A stretch of DNA of 8,691 nucleotides from Selaginella moellendorffii. Taxonomy: Eukaryota > Plantae > Lycopodiophyta. A model generated the notes under the pieces. The model had not been told where the DNA came from, did no database searches, and was given only the letters and a program-made list of their open reading frames with translations. The DNA is taken from the NCBI RefSeq assembly GCF_000143415.4, contig NW_003314651.1, positions 1 to 8,691 on the forward strand, in the 5' to 3' direction. The translations under genes and the position numbers were made by a program. This document shows, in pieces, positions 8,346 through 8,691 of this stretch (position 1 is the stretch's first letter; every line of letters begins with the position of its first letter).

Positions 8346-8691
8346 CTGCAAAAATGGTGAAAACAAAAAATCGATATAAAAAAGAGACCTTCCTCCAACG
8401 ATGTCCCAGTCTCTGCAGTTCCTGGGACTTTGTCAAGTCGGGAGTGGACTTGTACACGTCCATGGCTGTAACGCTTGAAAGCTGATGCCAGTCGGCACTC
8501 ATGGCAAGATCTAAAACAAAAGGGACCTCAGCAGTAGTGATCTCGTCCAGGAGGGTGCCAAGAGCTGGTCGAGAGTGATCGGCAGCCTGTTGTCGCAGCC
8601 TGGGACTCTTGTGAGCCAGATTGTGCACGATAATTACCAAGTCAAGGCTTTATATGGATCTGCTCTCAACAAACCATTCTTCAGCTGCTCT

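Noticed and set aside
7794-8640. ORFs 7794-8039, 7964-8242, 8002-8229, 8141-8485 and 8239-8640 as intact genes
   Set aside because: They read through introns and frameshifts of the HAD fragment, or are antisense to it.
1-8691. Autonomous transposon coding (RepHel, gag-pol, transposase)
   Set aside because: I recognised no HUH/Pif1, RT, integrase or DDE motifs in the readable sequence.

Overview
This window is plant nuclear DNA, and none of the supplied ORFs is an intact gene. Very short GT-AG introns (43-58 nt) and the 5S variant suggest a seed-free plant such as Selaginella, but that is inference. It reads as a composite Helitron region on the minus strand. There is one intact Helitron 3' end (17-bp hairpin + CTAG|T at 883-909) abutting a probable Helitron 5' end (TC at 882-881), plus three damaged co-oriented copies of the same 3' end (~2094, ~4801, ~5594). 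Four unrelated host-gene fragments all lie on the minus strand: a HAD-like hydrolase, an F-box/kelch gene, an alpha/beta-hydrolase and a TIC32-like SDR. The last two are fused at a sharp junction. A TG...CA element at 3518-4103 has 7-bp terminal inverted repeats and a perfect 5-bp TSD, and carries a 5S rRNA-derived Pol III internal promoter segment (Cassandra-like LTR/TRIM); its middle is hidden by an N-run. Family assignments are from recalled motifs, not database searches.
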